From positions 682,001 to 721,578 of the forward strand of contig BAAIJX010000007.1 of assembly GCA_054600435.1 (NCBI GenBank): 39,578 nt of DNA. The letters are read 5' to 3'. The position numbers and the translations under genes were made by a program. A model generated the notes under the pieces. The model saw only the letters and a list, made by a program, of their open reading frames with translations. It was not told the origin of the DNA and searched no databases. Every line of letters begins with the position of its first letter. The stretch's first letter is position 1. Of this stretch, positions 1 through 10,995 are shown piece after piece. Source of the stretch: Neophaeotheca triangularis (Eukaryota).

Positions 1-384
1 ATGGGCGGCGACGGCAGCCTCGACGACATCGCCTGGACGAGTCGCTCATGGAAGGGGTTCGAAGCCTACAGCGACAGCAAACTTCACAATGTCATGCTCG
101 CTCTGGCGGTTTCCAAGCGTTTCAAGGACGTCCATAGCAATGCCATGGACCCCGGATGGGTGCAAACGAAGATGGGCGGGGCGGGTGCCCCTGGCGACGT
201 AGCGCCACCCTCGAGGCTTTTGGCCGAGTATGCGGCGGGTGAGCACAAGCTTGCTGGGGTTTCGGGGACGTATTTTAATGTCAAGGGGGCTACTGAGCCT
301 TTGGCTGTGGCTAAGGATGTGGGCAAGCAAGATGAGTATCTGAAGAAGTGTGAGGGGTTTTCAGGGGTTTCGCTGGCCTCGTAA
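1..384 (+). CDS. Short-chain dehydrogenase/reductase, C-terminal part (5' end lies outside the window)
   Basis: YxxxK catalytic motif (AYSDSKLHN) followed by 'NAMDPGWVQTKMGG', typical of SDRs. No Rossmann TGxxxGxG motif is present, so the gene is partial. Stop TAA at 382-384. Confidence 0.85.
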   Translation: MGGDGSLDDIAWTSRSWKGFEAYSDSKLHNVMLALAVSKRFKDVHSNAMDPGWVQTKMGGAGAPGDVAPPSRLLAEYAAGEHKLAGVSGTYFNVKGATEPLAVAKDVGKQDEYLKKCEGFSGVSLAS

Positions 385-949
385 TCATTCGTAGACGCTT
401 GAAAGGAAGGCTCAGTGTTCTTGTCATGATGGGCTCTACAACTTAAGCGTCCACTTGTACGCTAAGCATCTGTGATTTGCAGACGATCACCCATGACACT
501 TGCTGAGCAGCAGTTCCGCTTTCCTGTCGTTCTGCTTTCCAAGTCATGTTTCTGTAATGGTATAGGCAAATGATAGCAAAGTATGTCACGTCACAAACGA
601 CCCGCAATCTCAGGAAGCATCAAGAGCAGGAGATACAGGACGTAGGTTTGGTCTCTCGCGATTCGCATACCAGCAGTGAAGTGGTACGTCCGGTGGATTC
701 GTGTCATGGACAATTGTCAGTGGTACTTCTTCCGGGAAATCGCGATGTTGTAAAGAAGAGAGAAGACCGAAAAGATGAGATGAAGTCGAGGTCGAGCAGA
801 GACTGACTGACCGCGCGGAACATCCTCGGCGGAATGTGGACCCGACTCCACCCTCAGAGCTTTGCAAGCCAACTTCAATCTTCAAGCTTGCTTGCTCTGC
901 CTTTTCTCTTCTTCCTCCAACACACACCGACATGTGAAATGCCAACGCC

Positions 950-2778
950 ATGGACACGCTCGACAAAACAGAGTGGGATGTCTTGATTTCCGGCACAGGG
1001 CTGAAACAATCTTTACTGGCGCTGTAGGGACGCCCCCACGACCATACTTCTATGTATGCACCTCAGGCTGACTGACCTCAAGGCCATCATGAAGCGCCCT
1101 TTCCCGCTCGGATAAGAAAATACTCCACGTTGATGCCAATACCTACTACGGTGGCGACGAAGCTGCGCTGAGCTTAAATGAGCTCGAAAATTGGGTCGAA
1201 TGGCATGCTTCGCCTGGTGGGACCAGGTTCAGCCTTGCAGAATGCGTGACCTTCCCCAGTGAGGAGGATGGACCAGGCAAAAAGCTCGCTACCCGAGGCT
1301 ACTCCATCTCGTTGGCTCCACAGATTCTATACACTCGCTCGAACCTGCTGTCTGCCCTGGTGTCGTCTCGTACCCACGGCCAGCTGGAGTTTCAGGCGGT
1401 AGGAAGCTGGTTCCTCCTGAATCAACCCGAGAGCCCACCACCCTCGTCTGGAGCTAGCGTAGTAAGAGTACCAGGCGGACGGGAGGACATATTCAGAGAT
1501 GATCACCTCGATCTGCGTTCGAAGCGCAGGTTGATGAAATTTCTGCAATTCGTCTCGAAGGCTTCGGAGGACCCTTCAGCATGGCAGGCTTCTGCTCAGA
1601 AGTCCTTGCCGACCTTCTTGGAGAAGGACTTTAACCTTGCGCCTGCTTCTCACGCGCCTTTGCTTGCTTTGACGCTGTCACGGGACGCGCCTGAGAAGAC
1701 AACAGTGGAGTACTCGCTGCCCAAGATCGAGAGGCACTTGAGAAGCATTGGTGTCTTCGGCCCAGGCTTTGGTGCAGTTTTACCCAAGTGGGGCGGTCTG
1801 GCCGAAATCGCACAGGTTGCTTGCCGCGCTGGCGCTGTCGGTGGAGGCGTTTATGTCTTGAATAAAGGCATCAAGTCTCGGTCTCTTTCGCCAATTGGCC
1901 AGGGGAAAGGACAAGACATTGAGCTTGCTGATGGTGAACGAGTCACCGCACAGCATGTCATCGCTGGGCTGGATGATTTTTCTGCTCCTGCAGCGGACTC
2001 CAAGGCAAGGGCCACAGCAGACACGTACAAGTCTGTGTCTGTAGTCTCGAGTCCCCTAGCACACATCTTCCCGCCGGTGACAGGAGGTGGCATCACTCCA
2101 GCAGCGGCCATGGTTTTCGCTCCTGCAAGCACCAACTCCGAGCCGCCGGTCTACATTTCAGCACACTCGTCTGACTCGGGCGAATGCCCAACTGGACAAT
2201 GTAAGTTGCACTGCTTCTTCTTTATTTCTCACTCCACCGAAAAGATGATCAACACTTATGAATACTTATCTACATTGGCTGAACTGGCTTAATTGCCTTG
2301 ACGACCACAACTCTGACAACCTGATCCATTTCACAACACAACCACTCTTGTTTAGCACCAGCATGAAACAAAGCAAACTTGCTAACCAGATTGCGAATTA
2401 GGTGTCATGTACGCTTCTCTTTCGCTCAATGCGACCGACGACCCATCCTCAGCTTTTGAGCGCTTGCATGAAGCCGTAGCGCAGCTGCTTTCCGCTCCTT
2501 CGTCGGTAATAGCTACGGAAGAGACTGCCGGAGCATACGCACGTGTTCTTTGGCGCTTGCAATATGTCCAACACACTCCAGTAGCTGCTTTCCCAGATGT
2601 TGACGAGGCGGACAAGGCTCTGCAGTATTTCGCGCCAATGGCTCCCGACTTGGCGCTGGAAGATGATGTCTTGGAGGAAGTCAAGGGTGTTTGGCGTGGG
2701 ATTGTTGGAGACGAGGCAGACGATGAGGAGTTCTTGAAGTTTGAGCCTAGACAGGCTGAAGAGGAGGACGAAATGTAG
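950..2778 (+). CDS. MRS6: Rab escort protein / Rab geranylgeranyltransferase component A (GDI/REP family), ~518 aa; exons 950-1023, 1095-2200, 2402-2778
   Basis: The spliced N-terminus MDTLDKTEWDVLISGTGLKQSLLALALSRSDKKILHVDANTYYGG is the GDI/REP signature. Also VP..REDIF...L..KRRLMKFL and PKWGGLAEIAQVACRAGAVGGGVYVL. Introns GTAGGG..AAG and GTAAGT..GCTAAC..TAG keep the frame (total 1557 nt). Confidence 0.93.
2241..2327 (+). ncRNA. Intronic box C/D snoRNA, probable snR62/U34 homologue (2'-O-methylation guide for LSU rRNA)
   Basis: Lies in the unusually long (201 nt) intron 2 of the REP gene. Box C-like ATGATCA 2245-2251, guide CTTATCTACATTG 2265-2277, D' CTGA 2279-2282, C'-like TTGACGA 2298-2304, box D CTGA 2313-2316 or 2321-2324. 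The guide is the reverse complement of the conserved LSU rRNA stretch CAAUGUAGAUAAG (rRNA sequence from memory). Confidence 0.8.
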
Positions 2779-3275
2779 TTCCCGCCACTGGGTGGTCTCT
2801 CCACTCGATAGTGTCCCTAAGCTACGACGACTATATGCCGCTATGTTGTCTTCATTCCGCGTGTATTGTACATGCTCATCGTCCTTCTGCATTGTCCATC
2901 CGTGTCTGCAGCCGCGAATTTTCCCAATTGGTCATCGCCGCTGCTGTTTGACTGCATGTGTACCGTCTCTGCGCGGACTAAATGTCCTTTCTGCGCCATC
3001 CTCCTTCGGCGTTTGGGGAAAACAGCGGCTTCTATGCTCTTTGATCTGCCAGCACTCTCGGTGCTTCGGGCTGCAGCAGTCCCCTTTCCTGATATCCAGT
3101 CGACCCGGCATCCCTAGCTCGAATCTACGCCGCAGCTTTTCGCAGTCAACAACCCTCCATCCCTGGGATAAACGACCATCCAGTCCCACAAGCCACTACC
3201 ACAGCAATCCACAACCGTACTCTCCACACAACAAGACATCGACAATTCATCCAGCACCAGCGACCTCCAATCCCT

Positions 3276-4337
3276 TCACCCCCAACTCTTCCCCAACCTC
3301 AAAACCTTCTCCACCCCCCCAGCAACCCTCCCGACCTCTCCAGCCTCCCTCTTTGCGGCTCCCACCCCGTGCAAAAAAGCACCCTCTAACCCCAGATTCT
3401 CAAAAACCTCCCTCCGCTCTTCCCAGCTGCCGTAGACTTCGCTTTCAACATCTCGCGGCGCGCCGAAGAGGTTGAGGTAGCCGTACGGGTTGGATTTGGA
3501 AAGGGTGTGGGTTTTGTGATCGGTTGAGAGGGGAAAGGAGGGGGGTTCTTGGAGGAGAGGGTTTTGTTTTGACGGGGAGGGTGGCGGGGTGAGGCCGGTT
3601 TGGAGCAGTAGGGTGAGGGTTGTTAGTTGGTGGGTTAGGAGTTTGGGGGCGGAGGTGTTGAGTTTGTTGTTGGTGGGTTTGGAGGTTGTCCAGGCAGAAG
3701 AGGTTGGGGGGTTGTTGGAGGTGTTGGTGTGGGAGGCCGTGGAGTCCGGGCTGTGGTGCCATTGCAGCAGGTTTTGGAATTGGCGGAGCGTTTTCACCCA
3801 CCCGCCTGGCGCGCTTACGACGTAGGATCCGTTGGTTGTGAGGAGCCAGTCGAGCGTTTCGAGGGACGAGAGGCGGATTTCGCTGGAGAGGTGGGAGAGG
3901 CCGGCGCGGGTGTAGAGGAGGAGGGGCTCGATGGAGGCGGAGAGGTCGGTTGGGGGAAGAGCGCGGAGGAGTTTGAGGAGTTGGCTGCGGACGGCGGAGG
4001 AGGAGTCGAGGATTAGGGGTTGGGCCTTGGTGACGATGGTTTCGGCGGGGACGGGGAGGGGAAGAGGGGAGGTGGTGAGGGCGGCGGTGGTCAGGTGGGC
4101 GAGAGCGTCGCGGCGTTGCTGGTCGGCTTTGCTGGAGAGGAGGGAGAGATTGTGTTTGAAGAGCGTGCTTGGGTCGCGGCCGCCTTCGCTCAGGCTTTGT
4201 TGCTTTAAGACGATACTCTTTGCTGTGAAGCTCGTGTCGGTTGCGTTGGTATTGGTTGGGCGCGCTTTGCCGACTTTGAGCTTGGGTTTTTGAAAGTCCT
4301 TTTTCTTTTCATTCTTCTTTTTTGTTGAGTTTGTCAT
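3276..4337 (-). CDS. IPI1: Pre-rRNA-processing protein Ipi1 (Rix1 complex), 353 aa, intronless
   Basis: N-terminal KKKNEKKKDFQKPKLKVGKARPTNTNATDTSFTAKSIVLKQQSL, plus LILDSSSAVRSQLLKLL and the C-terminal EAGEVGR. First ATG at 4335-4337; the ORF-track start at 4394 is a TTG. Confidence 0.93.
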   Translation of the reverse strand: MTNSTKKKNEKKKDFQKPKLKVGKARPTNTNATDTSFTAKSIVLKQQSLSEGGRDPSTLFKHNLSLLSSKADQQRRDALAHLTTAALTTSPLPLPVPAETIVTKAQPLILDSSSAVRSQLLKLLRALPPTDLSASIEPLLLYTRAGLSHLSSEIRLSSLETLDWLLTTNGSYVVSAPGGWVKTLRQFQNLLQWHHSPDSTASHTNTSNNPPTSSAWTTSKPTNNKLNTSAPKLLTHQLTTLTLLLQTGLTPPPSPSKQNPLLQEPPSFPLSTDHKTHTLSKSNPYGYLNLFGAPRDVESEVYGSWEERREVFENLGLEGAFLHGVGAAKREAGEVGRVAGGVEKVLRLGKSWG

Positions 4338-4577
4338 GATCGCGAGATGATTATTAGTGATTGTAGTGTTCCTGTATGTAGAAGGTATCGTCAAATGGGG
4401 GGAGAATGGTCAATCGCATCGGAGTTAAGAAAAAGTTCAGGCCGAGGCTTTTCCTGATTCGCGCGCACAGCCACAGGGCGCGTCCCCCGATCAACATCCT
4501 TCCCTTTTCGGCCAACTTCATTCTCTCTCCCACACAGACAGTAAGACCACGATCAGTGACACGATTGCCAATCGAAA

Positions 4578-4994
4578 ATGCAACAACCGACACCCTCCGA
4601 AGAGACCTCGGCGCTCTTATCCCGCCTAGCCCAACGCCCAGGTGTCCAAAGCACCCTTATCCTCGCCCGCAACACTGGCGCCATTGTGAAGTCTTCCGGC
4701 CTGTTGACAGCTGAAGACGTCGCCGCCACCGACCCCGCCACTACCAACGGGGCATACACCAACGGAGGAACCGCTGACGGCGAAGTACGAAAGAAACAAG
4801 GCACACGCGCTGCTGATGAGGTCGCCCGTGTCGTTTGGGGTTTCGCCCGTGCGGCTGGGGAAATGGTGCAGGAGCTGAATGGGGAGGCGGACGAGGCCAA
4901 GTTGTTGAGAGTCAGGACGAAGAAGAATGAAGTTATGATTGTAGGCGAGGGGCAGTTTCTGCTGGTTGTGGTGCATGATACTCCGCCGGCTTGA
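4578..4994 (+). CDS. Roadblock/LC7 (dynein light chain-like) domain protein, 138 aa
   Basis: LSRLAQRPGVQSTLIL...G.IV.S and KLLRVRTKKNEVMIV....FLLVVVH match the roadblock fold pattern. Single exon. Confidence 0.85.
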   Translation: MQQPTPSEETSALLSRLAQRPGVQSTLILARNTGAIVKSSGLLTAEDVAATDPATTNGAYTNGGTADGEVRKKQGTRAADEVARVVWGFARAAGEMVQELNGEADEAKLLRVRTKKNEVMIVGEGQFLLVVVHDTPPA

Positions 4995-6204
4995 GAAGGG
5001 GGTTACGGATTGCTTTGTGAGATGTTATGAGCACGAAATCGCGGCAAACGGATAATTCCTGCTAGCAAGAGGGTAGCTGTGGGAAGTTTACAGCTGTGGC
5101 GACGACAGCTACATGTGTGGCATGAGGGCTGAGCAGGCCAGTCTACCACTCATGCTACATGTCTTCAGACTGCGACCTCTTGTGGGACGCCGCAGCCATG
5201 CTCGTCTCGTCACAACATCTACGCCTGCACAAACTTGAACTTATCGAGCCCCTCGCTCCGTCCCCGCTTCGACCATCATCGGGCGCTTGCATTTGCACAG
5301 GAGATGCACGGCCAGGCGATCGCGCGCAAGCTCAATCTCTGTCCGTCTTCAATCTGGCCGCCGACAAGATGGCTTGATTTTCCAAGGCTGAGGCAACACG
5401 TGAGCTGGAATGAAGCAGTCAGGCTCAGGAAGCGATTGTTCAGAGATGGCTGCCGATAACTCCAACCGGACTTGGTAGTGGCTGTCAGATGTGTCTTGAA
5501 GCCTGGATTCTGACCCTTGTGTATACACGCAATCAACGAGGCGCGCCCAAAGGCGGATACTATCGAGCAAGCGCGTGGCTATAGGGTCAGGCTGGGCGGA
5601 GCGAGTATCAGTAGAAGCAGAGTAGAAGCTTCACCAGAGATGACAGTTAATCAGTCGTACTCGTACCTGTGCCGGATTTAACATTCCTTATCGGTCTTGT
5701 GTCTCCGCCAGGCACATTTATACTACCTCCTATTATGCCCTGGCAGACCTACTAGGTACCTACTTTGTTTGCCTCGGTCGTTGCTCGGGAATAACCTTTA
5801 ACCAATGGCGGCCTGCGTCACCTTGCATATTGGAGGGGCAGTGACGATAGTACCTTACTAGTATTACCTCCGTAGCCTATTAGCGAGGGGCAGGGACGAC
5901 ACAGGTCTCGACCCACGACCATGACCTTCTTTGCATTGATGACAAAAACATCATCGGATACTGTGGATAAGGTAAGGTACCTAACCTTATGTAGGTCCAA
6001 GTTAATGTAGTGCTAGTAATAGTAGACCCCCATCACGGTCGCCTACGTTGAAGCATAATAGTAGTTAGTGTACACAAGTTTGCTCCTCTTCACGAACCTT
6101 CCTTTCCTTCCTCCTTTCCAGTAGCTAATCGACAACTCTTTCGTCTCAACCACTTCAACTCAGTACCAGACCCCTATCAGTACCACCATCCCCAACTAGA
6201 CAAG

Positions 6205-6838
6205 ATGGCTCCATTAAAGACTGGAGACAAGTTCCCTGAAGGCGTCAAGTTCGAGTACGTCCCCTTCCACCCCTTCAACTCTCCAACCCAGCAACTAACA
6301 ACCCCATCAGCTGGGCGCCCATCACCGACCCTGACCCGACCCAATGCGCCATGCCCCAAGAATACGACGCCTCGAAAGAATTCGCCGGCAAGAAGGTCAT
6401 CGTCGTCTCGGTGCCGGGAGCCTTCACCCCCGGCTGCCAGGCCTACCACCTACCGCCCTACATCGCGCAGCTTGACAAGCTGCAGAGCAAGGGCGTCGAC
6501 CTCGTGGCTGTCATTGCTTCCAACGATGCCTGGGTCATGGCCGCTTGGGGCAAGGTCAATGGTGTCAAGGAGGGCCAGCCCATTTACTTTTTGAGCGATA
6601 CCAAGACTGGGTTCAGCAAGAACCATGGCTGGGCTGCTGGCATGGGAGATCGCAATGGCAGGTGGGCCATGGTCGTCGAGAAGGATGGGACTATCAGCTA
6701 TGCTGAGAACGAGGACAAGCCGAGTAACGTTACGGTGAGTAGTCGTTTGTTGCGTTTGTTGCGTTCGAAGGGTTGGGACCGGTCGCTGACTTTGAACTGT
6801 AGGTTTCCGGCGCCGACGCTGTTCTGTCGAAGCTTTAA
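6205..6838 (+). CDS. Prx5-type peroxiredoxin (Ahp1/Pmp20/Asp f3-like), 169 aa, peroxisomal PTS1 -SKL; exons 6205-6254, 6311-6734, 6803-6838
   Basis: Active site VPGAFTPGC, NDAWVMAAWG, an N-terminal Cys (DPTQC) placed like the resolving Cys of Asp f3/Ahp1, and catalytic Arg in RNGRWA. Introns GTACGT..CTAAC..CAG and GTGAGT..CTGAC..TAG. The last exon reads VSGADAVLSKL*. Confidence 0.95.
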
Positions 6839-7177
6839 AGAAGGGGATATAGAAGGACGGATAGCAGTATGTTTATAGAAGCAAAATAGAGGCATATTCG
6901 ACATGAGTCCTGAGGTGTTGTGAACGAGGCAAGTTCCCGGACTGACTTCGCATCTTTCTTCACTCCCGACCTCACCTCACACACCTCCGCTCCTTCCTAA
7001 TGGGTTTGCGTGAATGCGTAGTCCCGGAGTAGCGTCATCGACGTGTTTCTGCCTGGGACACGGCTACCTTAGCATTCAAAACACTTCACTCCAAGCTTTG
7101 AAAAACAACACTCGCACCTGTACCTTACTTCTTGAGACATGCGTCTCTACTGAACGACAACTCCGAACCCCCTCAAC

Positions 7178-10100
7178 ATGGCACCCAAGAGCAAGATACC
7201 CACTCCTGCTATAAGACAGCCAACTTCCCTTCCTCCCGAAGGCAACATGCCCAGTCGTTTCGCTTCCTTTTTCAAGGACATGGAGAACGAGAAAAGCGCT
7301 GCGCCTGGCAAAGTCGCAGATTCCCTCCCAACAACCAACAACGACAAAACCGCCAACGCCAGCATCGCACCACACACCTCTCCTCCAATTTCGCACTCTC
7401 CCGCAACCATCACCATGTCTTCTTCCACAGCCTCCGCCCAGCAAGACCCAGACACTGGCGCTTGGAGCATGCTCTCCGAGCTCAACGTCACCTCACCCGG
7501 CACCAACCCATCGCAATCTCTCTCGCAAGCCTTCATGCAAGATCCGGAGACTGGCGCCTGGCCTGTTGAAATCCAAGAGCACGGCGCGCCTGCTGATGTC
7601 GCTACGCCGACCGCCATCGCAGATACTTTCGAAGGCGTTTCGATTACCTCGGAGGATGAGTCTGCTAGCAGTGAGGACGCACGCCTTCAAGCTGCACGTG
7701 CGCGACTTGAAGAGATGATTCAGAACATGCACTCCAGCCCTTTCCAAGAAGACTTGGAGACCGCCGAGCCCAACGCCTCAAACTGGTACGACGAGTCGCA
7801 CGCCGACTTCGCTGACATGAGCGATGAGATCCTAAGTCCTGTGAAGCTTTCTTCGCAATCCGCCAACATGTCTGGTGATGTTGAGCCTTCTTACTCTGGC
7901 TTCAACCCCTTGAACGGCACACGTGGCAGTCCTCCAGCATCGCAGCAACACGCTGATCAAGAGTCATCATCGGATGACGACGATTATGGCGATGGGCCCA
8001 TGCCTAAAGTTCGCCTGGTGGAAGGGGAAGAAGAGACCGCAACATCTAAGGCAAACGACTCCGATAATTCTTACGGCTCCAAGCAATCCGACACCTCTTC
8101 ACCTTCGAAGCTCGAAATCCTGCTCCGTAGACCCCTAGACGAGGGAACCAGCGCTGAAGATGAAGAGCAGAGCTCAGCTCGGGCGTTCTCTCCCCATCAG
8201 CTCTCCTCGCCTAGCGCGTTGCTGGAGGATTCCACGAGTCCCTCGCTATCCGCGATGAAGGACAGTCCGTCATCTATACCATCGGGCCAGGAAGTCACCT
8301 CCGTCACAAGCCCAGCCATCCCGTCTTCGCCTCCAAAATACATGACCTCGCCCACACGCTTGACCTGGGGGATGTTAAGCTCCCCACCGGCGCAGAAGGA
8401 CATACCACCAATTTCGGTTAACAAGGACAAGTCTTTCACAACTGTGCTACATCCGTCGCAATCACCTACCCACCTTCCACCCGTGCCGGTCGAAGACGAC
8501 AACACCCCGTCACCGACTACCATTGAGAGTTCAGATACCTTGGCCGATGACTCGCCCAGTCTCGAGAACATGCGCTACGTCTCTCCCTCCGACTACGGTC
8601 CTTCCTTCGACAATATCCCCGTCGTTCCCGTTTTGGGTGACGATGGCTTGACTTGGACGTTCTCGCCTGTCAATGAGAACGATGGCGAGGAACGCGAAAA
8701 GCTTGAGAAAATCATGCCTGTTGGTGAGGTGGATGGGTCTGATGCACCTGCGACGAGTGGTGTACAGAATGATCCGATGGCGAGCACGAAACCGCTGTTT
8801 GGCCCGCTGTTTGGGACCCAACCTACGGGGACTTCGAACCTTTTCTCCGAAGACCAATCTAGCTTCCACGGACCGTTCAGAGTACAAAAGACTTCCATCG
8901 CCGTTGGCCCAGAAGACGAAGTCTACGCCGACATTCTGTCCAAAATCCACCACCTGGCTGAGGGAACAGTACAAATGCGTTTGGGAATGCTTATGGAAGC
9001 TGGGCCGATGCTCCTTATCGAGAACGTTGACTACAACCCTTATTCCACAACAGTGTATGATCCCAAGGACGGCGACTTTTCCAAGGTGCTACCTCTTCTA
9101 CACCAGCTTGCTCAGAAGATTCAAAAGCCTTTGGTAGGGGCGCTCTCACTTGTCAGTGGCAAGTTGCGCCTTCTTATTGGGGCTGCTGATGTTGTGTACG
9201 AGGAAGAGAATCATCTCTTTGCGCCTTGGAGTTTGGGCAATGGCTCACTGTTTGGGCGAGGACCCGAAGAGCCCGCCGTCGTCGGACCGAGCAACTGTGG
9301 CAATGCCAATGATGTGGTGATTCAGATCCGTCGTCTCGCTCGCGAGCTTGGAGAGCCAGTGATTGCCGTTAGATACCGGACCGAAACGAACGAAGACTGG
9401 CGCTTCGAGCCAGCGCTTTTTATCAATTCCCTCAAAGACGCGTCCTGGAAGCCCATAGTTTACGACCCTCAGGACGGCAGCTTCGAAAAATTGCTTCCAG
9501 TCATCTTCCAATTTCAAGAAACGGTCCAAAAACACCTCATGGCTCACTACTGCACCGATGAGAATCTTGAGCATCCTCATCTCATGATCTTAGCTGCCGA
9601 AGACCCCAAATCGACCTATCCCAACGGAGCCAGGTTATTCGCCGAACCGTACCGATGCCCCGAACATCCCAATCCCGACTCCTTCCGCCCCGTCTTCAAA
9701 GACAAAGGTACGTGAACTCCAACCCAAACCCCGAAAAGATAAACAAAAAACCGTCCCACTAACCCCCTACCCCTGTCCAATTCTAACAGACTTCAACGCC
9801 CCCCAAGCCCTCACAAACACCATCGAAAAATCCACAACCACCCCCGACGCTTTGCGCATGTGTCTCGCCCACCCTGCTCTCACGCTGCTGGACTTGCAAA
9901 CCGCTTTCCGCTATGCGTTCGACCTGCTACAAGCTGCGAATGTCGAGAAGCGCAGGCTTTGCAAGCTGCGCGACAAGAGTGACGAGGTTGGCGAAGCCGA
10001 TGGCCCAAGTTCTAGACGCTCTTCCGAGCCGCCATCACTGGAGGAGCTCTTTTCCCTCTCGGCCAAAGATTGTAGGCTGGGGATTATGGATTTTGTTGAG

Positions 10101-10280
10101 GCGCGCGTTCAGGTCTTTGAGGAGATTGAGGGCTTGCTTGCGGCTAAGCGTGTTGAGGTTATGGAGAAGCGGAAGAAAGCTGAAGGCAAGAAGTTTGCTG
10201 AGTTGGTTGAGGATGCTGTGTTCACTGTCATCATGCTGGCGCTTTTGGCGGCGCTGTATGCCTTTCTTCGCGGGACTTAA
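7178..10280 (+). CDS. Hypothetical ~1006-aa protein: acidic Ser/Pro-rich N-half, duplicated alpha/beta domain, C-terminal transmembrane helix; exons 7178-9707, 9790-10280
   Basis: The 845-codon ORF joins in frame to the 9852-10280 ORF through intron GTACGT(9708)..CTAAC..CAG(9789). The protein ends AVFTVIMLALLAALYAFLRGT*. No family recognised. Confidence 0.8.
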
Positions 10281-10995
10281 GGGGGTGGGGAGTTGCTATG
10301 CGATGCGGTGTGATGCAGTGCTGTGCTGGATAGGTTGGATGCTGCATTCTATCCTAGCTGTATTGCACAAGCACAGACGAGGTCGACGGAAGAGCGAGGA
10401 AGGAAATCGATGATGGGGTTGGATTGGTGTTGGCGGTATCAGTAGTTGCTAGCCCTTAGCCCAGTAGATAGTCGAGATGTACCATTCATGCGGAAACCCT
10501 GATTGCTTCACTTTACGGCGTTCCTTCTTTGACCAACTGGTTCCTTCTCACCTGCCATTCTCGTCAACAAGAGGGAGGGGGTTTCTGGCAATTACGATTG
10601 CAGCGGTGCTTTCCCCCGTTCTTGCTTCGCAATCTCACTTGCCACTTTTAAAGGAAAGCAGTTCCAGATCTTCATCTTCACTTACCTTTCTTTCCCATAC
10701 TTCAGTAGTCTGAAACTCCGAAACGCGTTCACATCCCATCACTTCTGACCCACCAACCACAAGACAACGCCAAACAAATCCACAAAAGCGCCGCCACCAC
10801 CACACCATCCACCACTGGTACTCCAGCTCAAGCCATCTCATACGACCCGCTACAAACAAAATACCGCCACCTCCACCACCCATTTGACCAGCTCAACCCC
10901 TACCACACCCAACTCATCTCCCCACCCATCCACACGAACCTAAACCTCGAACCCTCCAAAAAAAAAAAAAAAGACCTCCAAAACTCCGAATAACC

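Noticed and set aside
2201..2292. C-terminus KLHCFFF...YEYLSTLAELA of the 348-aa ORF
   Set aside because: Read-through into intron 2 (strong GTAAGT donor at 2201). The sequence is better explained as a snoRNA.
2741..3475. 244-aa plus-strand ORF and other antisense ORFs over IPI1, SEN1, nimA and the BTB gene
   Set aside because: Shadow frames of GC-rich real genes or compositionally skewed UTRs, with no motifs.
5159..5570. Cluster of 70-90-aa ORFs between the roadblock gene and the peroxiredoxin
   Set aside because: No recognisable motif, splice structure or codon pattern. Treated as intergenic.
6052..6204. Open in-frame stretch upstream of the peroxiredoxin ATG (possible non-AUG mitochondrial extension)
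   Set aside because: No ATG, and the peptide is not Arg/Ser/Leu amphipathic like a presequence.
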